From Octopus vulgaris (Eukaryota), in assembly GCA_951406725.2 (NCBI GenBank), contig OX597815.1, forward strand, positions 171,554,001-171,618,000: a stretch of DNA of 64,000 bases, in the 5' to 3' direction. The notes under the pieces were generated by a model. The model was not told where the DNA came from. It searched no databases and saw nothing but the letters and a program-made list of their open reading frames with translations. Positions 57,983 to 64,000 of the stretch are shown in pieces. The first letter of the stretch is position 1; each line of letters begins with the position of its first letter. Position numbers and translations under genes: made by a program.

Positions 57983-58673
57983 GGCGCTACTTTAGCGTGC
58001 GATCTACCGCAGTATGCTGTCTACGCTGTGAAATTACTTTTAGCGCGCGGTCTATCTTTTCTTACCCTTTTACACTTTAGCGTGCGATCTACCTCCACTA
58101 TAAGAACTTTATACAATAGCATGATAAAATCAAATTGAATAATGTTGAATAATGATTTTTTAATAACTTACACTGAAATCTTAATAAACGATACACACTT
58201 CGTACTTCATTTAGGAATACCACAAACAAATCTGATAGGGCACAGAAAGTGTGTCAATAGCCACTTGGAGGGAGGTGTCTTCCTGGGGCTACAAGCTACA
58301 GTAGCATCCACCCTTAGGGATTAGCCACATTTAAGTGGCGAATGTATTTCACGATGTCGTGCAGCTCCTGTTTATACCTCGCTCAGAGATTTATTAAATC
58401 TGCTGTATCTTTTCTCAAAACTTTCCAGCAAAAGTGATCAAGGTGTGACTGGAAAAGCTCGCTACTAACGCCTGTCGTTTTCCTTAAAATAGTTGTTTTG
58501 GAATACAACCATGATCTCTCAACAGCCTTAGTACGTATTCCTGTCACGTTTTCGTTATACGTCTATAGAAATCCTATAACAGTATTGTAATGGTTAAAAG
58601 CTAGCCCGCACGCTAAAAGTAATTTCACATCGTAGACAGGATATTGCGGTAGACCGCACGCTAAAGTAGCACC
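57983..58673 (-). mobile_element. Merlin (IS1016/IS1595-like) deletion derivative with transposase C-terminal remnant
   Basis: ~70-bp TIRs GGCGCTACTTTAGCGTGCG... Minus strand 58383-58558 translates VTGIRTKAVERSWLYSK...GVSSELFQSHLDHFCWK, matching the TGxHTxxxExxW...LxxYLxEFxWR pattern. No TSD visible. Confidence 0.75.
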
Positions 58674-58697
58674 GTCATAGGTGTATTGAAAAAATAT

Positions 58698-58860
58698 CTA
58701 TTACTTAAAATTCGTTCTGTCTGTCTGTCTGTGTGTCTTCTAGGATCTCGGGCATCCTCCGTCCGATTGCGCTCAAATTTGATATGTAGATACCGACGGT
58801 ATCAGGGCGTGTATAAGTCTTGAAAAAATTACAAAAATCGATTCCAGGTGAGAATGCGAT
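58698..58860 (+). mobile_element. Helitron-like 5' fragment
   Basis: A|TCTATTACTTAAAA...(GTCT)n...CCGATTGCGCTCAAATTTG. Confidence 0.4.
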
Positions 58861-59252
58861 GTAGTTACTGGTACTTTAAACTTTTCGGTTGCATATTTGT
58901 GTGAATAAAATTGTTTTTCTTTGGAATAGAAAAAAAAGTCTATCTTTATATATTCTTTTGCTGGTGTCTCAAATTTAGGTTAAATCAGTGTTTCTCAAAG
59001 GGGAGGCCTATAGGACGGTCGGACAAGTTGTTTTGAGAAAATTTGGTTTAAATGTTTGACAACTCAGCACCGTCCATTGGACGGGGGGCGCTTTGCTCGT
59101 ATTCAATATAATGAAAATTTAAGATTAATAAATCCCGTTTTCGTTTATGCATCTATTACTTATCACTTTTTATTCTTTATTTAGGTATGTCATAAAATGT
59201 CTCTCAAATAAACTTCTTTTTAATATTATGAATAAAAATATTTTAAAATCAG

Positions 59253-59704
59253 GGATCTTTTCGGTTTGACCGGCAGTTTTTTAAAATAATTTCCACGTAA
59301 CTAAACACTTTTAAACTTCGTATACTGGTAGAATGTGTTTATAAAACATCTTTTTCTCTACGCTTTATTGAGAAAATTCTATAGTTTGTGAGATATTTGT
59401 TGTTTTTTTTTTTCTTCAATTTCTGCAATTTCAACCAATCAATGACGTCTATTGAGGTGAAAACATTCTGTGCCGTATGAATATGTCCCTCGTTTAAGAA
59501 ACAGATTGGGTTTATTTACATTTCTGAAAAAAAAAAGATATCCTTTCCCCCACCCCTTCCCTAACCCTAACCCTAACTAACCCTAACTCTAACCCTAACC
59601 CTAAAACAGATTGAAATGCAATAGATCGATACTAGGGTCATAATTATGGGTGACAATTTCATATGACACCGCTAGAAAAACTGCCGTTCAAACCGAAAAG
59701 ATCC
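59253..59704 (+). mobile_element. GGATC-ended MITE carrying (CCCTAA)n, complete
   Basis: TIRs GGATCTTTTCGGTTTGACCGGCAGTTTTT and AAAAACTGCCGTTCAAACCGAAAAGATCC. Partial TSD AAAATCAG/AAAATCGT. Telomere-like repeats at ~59560-59604. Confidence 0.9.
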
Positions 59705-60892
59705 AAAATCGTTTTTTTACCCACCCACCCGCCCCCCACCCACCCACACACACAAAACAATCAAAATATCCGTTTGTCTGAGCTTTGGTCTTTCTAACAT
59801 TCAGTATAATGAGCTCTCGGTCATTAGATTCGGCATCTTGCGTTTGGCCGCCTGCCAAAATGTATGTATATATTTCCCGGCCACATGGTTCTGCTGGAGC
59901 CTCATAAATGTTCTGCTGGAGAATCATAAATGACAGAATATAAGCGGGAGAACAACGAAAATTTCACCAAGCTTCAGAACACTGCTGACACGCTACAGGT
60001 AAACATATTGGTTCGAAGAATCTTTTTAAGGATTCAACACGTAGGTAAATTATTGAGACTTTAGACATACTGGAGGTAGAAACTAGCCTCTCCCTCGAAA
60101 AAAGCAAACATTCGAACAGAATAACACCATCAACACTCACGCCATGAGTATCAAGTCAAAAATTAATACCTGCAAATATAACAAATGCAATACAAAACTA
60201 AAGAATCTATGACATACATAAATACACATGTACATGGATGTATATATAGGGGTACGTATGTACGAGCATATTTACAAGTGTGTATAACTATTTGCATGTA
60301 TGTTTATAAGTAAGTGGATGTATATGTATATACGTACGCTATGTGTGTACCTACACGTGTATATGCATATGTAAGTATGGATGTATATAAAGGTATTTAT
60401 TTATGTGACGAATACAGAAAGACAAACAAGCTTAATAAGAGAAATAGGTATCAAGCCATCTGGAGCATGATGCCGACACGCATGAATAGATGATAAAGTA
60501 GTAAGCCATAAATATCATGATATCGGAGAAACAAAAAAAAAAAAAAATCTAGCACAGATATACATACACGCACAAAACACATATAGGTACTCACCGACAT
60601 ACCTAAAATTATAAGGTGTGCCATCTATCCAATTAAAATGACACACGACACCAAAAAACGACAGGTAAACTAATTTAAGAAACTAGCATTAAGCAAAAAG
60701 TGACTGCATACTGGCACCGAGTGATGCATGAGGAACACATCGGAGATAAGCGATAATGTAACAGATTCTGACGAAAGAATTTCAACAAACTAATAACTTA
60801 ATTTTGCGAGATTAAAATAAAGTGAAATACATTCATTACGTACTGTCAACCGAATGACATTGCATGTGTGTATGTTTATGCATATATGTGTA

Positions 60893-61280
60893 TCTCTCTA
60901 TATATAAAGCTGAAGTTGTCTGTGTATGGCAGGTTTGGTAGCCTTCAACTAACATAATCTCCCCCGAGACCCTTTGGGACAAGTTGACCAAACTTGAGAG
61001 TATGATAGAAGGCTTGCTCTTCCTTCCGTAGAAGAAAAAGTTCAAATCGGACCATGTTAACACCAAAAATTATTTACATAAAAAAAGTGCTTTTTTCTAT
61101 GAAAATCCCTGTTTTTTACGATTTTTTTACTGCTGTGTCGCCATTTTTCGGTGTATTTCAACCAGAAAAAAGTTCACTTAAAGAGAATAACAAGCTACAT
61201 AATGCAAAATTTTTACTTTTCAAAAATTCCAATTCTAAAGGGTCAAAACAAACCCGAGCAACGCCGGGCGATACTGCTAG
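60893..61280 (+). mobile_element. Non-autonomous Helitron
   Basis: A|TCTCTCTATATATAAAG...AAACCCGAGCAACGCCGGGCGATACTGCTAG|T. Confidence 0.85.
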
Positions 61281-62753
61281 TTTATGTATATTGTTAATGC
61301 ACAAGAAATTATGTGAAGAAGAAAGAGAAAAGAAAGTACTCGATAGGTGATATAATTTTTTGTCGAATTTTTTGGTATTTGAAAACTTCACTAACCATTA
61401 TTCCAAGTTTCAGGTCTCTGATCTTCAAACAGTGGCCAATATGAAAATTTTGTAGGAAAAAATACAAGAAAAAATCCCATTCATCGAAAAAGTACGCACG
61501 AAGGAAAACAAAAACAAGATACCATAAAAATATATATATATTTTAGAAGGGTAGTCAGAAGAACGTTTAAATTTGATGCTCAGCTTTGATAAGATGCAGT
61601 GAAAAATGCAATTGCATTTTACATACCTAGGTGAGCATTCTAGAATGAGTAGAATCACTGTGGATATATAAATTGCTCGTACTTTTTAAAGACAAAACAA
61701 ATGTATGAAAAGGTTCCATGTTCAAAGTTTAATAGGTAAATAGTTTGCCTCTTTTCTAAGAGGAGAGTCTTATGATATTGTGGTTATTTGATAAAGACAA
61801 TCAATATTATACATATTGAAGATACGAATCAAATGCTATTACATTAATAGAGGAAATATCTTGAAAAAGGCCCGTGAACAGAGTTTATCGAATGAATATA
61901 TTTTTGTTGTTCTTTTTTTTTTTTACTGAAAGAAACTATATGAAGTTGTGGTTATATGACAGAGCCAGTCAATATTATATATACTTGGAAGAGAGTATAA
62001 GAGTAGATTGGACTGAAGTGACTACTGGAAATAAAATTTCAACATTGTCGTAACTGAAGATGTTATGTAAGAGATTACTTTTTCTTCTTTCATGCATAAT
62101 GATCTGAAATACATGTACTAAATGCTTTCAAAATAACAATATTTTGCTTGATTTTATTATTATATGTTATGCAACTCAAAGCCATTACAAGCTAGCCTGC
62201 CCTTCGTTTACACAGATAATCTAAAAAGGATTTGGAGTGGTTTGTTCTACAGGACACGAGTTGAAAAATTCTGGTAAAATGCATCGCTTCTAAGCATAAC
62301 ACGAAATGTGTGTTTGTGTGTGTGTTTGTGTGTGTGTTTATAAATTGGTCGAACAAGTCTCTTGCTCCTCTGAGTTTTGTCAGTGGATGCACAAGATCTT
62401 CAAACAAGTTGTAACTTTCCTCAAGACCCTGTGTACAGACTGACTCGACCAAAATGAAAAAGAAATTGAAGCTATTACGGTCAAGAGTATTCTTCCGACA
62501 CTCATCACTATATATGAGATAAACCACTCGGCTTCAGTTTTCATATAAATTTCCTATATATATTCCAAGTTTACAGCATTACAGATCCATTTCAGCTAAT
62601 CTTGCTAATCAGTTACTCACATGGTATTAGATAACCGAGTATTATATACATCGTGATTAAGTAACATCACATGCTCTTCAGAGGTGGGAGGTATGGAAAA
62701 AAGTATTCTAAGACAACTCTCTCTTTCTCTCTCCCTCACTCTTTCTCTCTCCC

Positions 62754-62809
<56 letters not shown>

Positions 62810-62831
62810 ACATATATATATATATATATAT

Positions 62832-63213
62832 ACTCTCTACTCTTTTACTTGTTTCAGTCATTTGACTGCGGCCATGCTGGAGCACCCCGGGACTTATTCT
62901 TTGTAAGCCCAGTACTTATTCTATCGGTCTCTTTTGAGACCGCTAAGTGACGGGGACATAAACACACCAGCATCGGTTGTCAAGCAATGCTAGGGGGACA
63001 AACACAGACACACAAACATATACACACACACTTATATATATATACATATATACGACAGGCTTCTTTCAGTTTCCGTCTACCAAATCCACTCACAAGGCAT
63101 TGGTCGGCCCGGGGCTATAGCAGAAGACACTTGCCCAAGATGCCACGCAGTGGGACTGAACCCAGAACCATGTGGTTGGTTAGCAAGCTACTTACCACAC
63201 AGCCACTCCTGCG

Positions 63214-63215
<2 letters not shown>
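62832..63215 (-). mobile_element. SINE family 1 inside (TA)n
   Basis: Head GGCGCAGGAGTGGC to tail, with a small internal deletion and (TA)n on both flanks. Confidence 0.9.
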
Positions 63216-63308
<93 letters not shown>

Positions 63309-63331
63309 TATACATATACATATATATATAC

Positions 63332-63434
<103 letters not shown>

Positions 63435-63565
63435 TGACTAGTCTACTCTAGCACTAAAAATAGATCCGCAAGGTTTCAGCCACAAAAGAAATTGTTTCCG
63501 ATGAAAGTTAGCACTACTACCAGCGCAAATGAACAGGGCAGATAAACGTAACAAAATGTAGATTA

Positions 63566-63643
63566 GTTCGAGACAATTGTTTCGCTATTAATAAATTATG
63601 TAATTTTACTTACATAAATTCATCTGTAGCTCCTCGGTCGAAC
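63566..63643 (-). ncRNA. Type I hammerhead ribozyme motif with extended stem II
   Basis: Minus strand: gttcga CCGAGGA gcta...[aatttatgtaa-gtaaaa-ttacataatt]...tagc GAAA caattg TC tcgaac. It has a perfect 6-bp stem I, a GUC site and a U4-to-C change. Confidence 0.65.
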
Positions 63644-63850
63644 CCGTCCAGAATACAATTTACCCAATCGCACGCTAGACTTCACCATAACGATAAACGC
63701 ACGTGCGGTCGAGTCGATTGTACTCGCTGTTATAATTTAAGTGCCCCTGTCATCGCCCACCAAAATTCACGGAAACAGATACTACATCCAAAATTAAATG
63801 CAGCATAATTATAATCAACCGATAAGGGTTGTTTATATATATATATATAT

Positions 63851-63921
<71 letters not shown>

Positions 63922-63936
63922 CAACCGATATCGGTT

Positions 63937-63972
<36 letters not shown>

Positions 63973-64000
63973 TACATTATTTACAATTGACGGATATTTG

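Noticed and set aside
59560-59604. True telomere or chromosome-fusion site
   Set aside because: The short degenerate CCCTAA runs lie inside a TIR-bounded MITE present in several copies.

Overview
This is AT-rich, microsatellite-saturated animal genomic DNA. The SINE families and repeat landscape match what I recognise from octopus or coleoid cephalopods, which is an inference I have not checked. No intact host CDS is supported; most ORF-track entries are (TA)n/(CA)n/(GA)n translation artefacts. The window is a mosaic of transposable elements. Retroelements: three CR1-clade LINE pieces (two nested in a ~6 kb (TA)n array, one split by an inversion), RTE and CRE-clade LINE remnants, Penelope-like (PLE) GIY-YIG/RT remnants, many PLE-type hammerhead ribozyme motifs, and three tRNA-derived SINE families. 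DNA elements: a full-length decayed hAT/Buster transposon, Merlin-type MITEs (one with a transposase remnant), mariner/maT remnants, non-autonomous Helitrons, and a GGATC-ended MITE/foldback family carrying TTAGGG repeats. The most notable signals are four. (i) An inverted 8-bp duplication at 8.2-9.4 kb fits reversed-end (alternative) transposition. (ii) A CR1 LINE/SINE partnership shares a covarying 3' RNA structure and appears to prefer (TA)n. (iii) There is a set of canonical and variant hammerhead motifs. (iv) An inversion can be read from microsatellite polarity. A weak candidate promoter and first exon with an RFX X-box lies at ~1.3-1.9 kb. Coordinates were counted by eye and may be off by a few bases.
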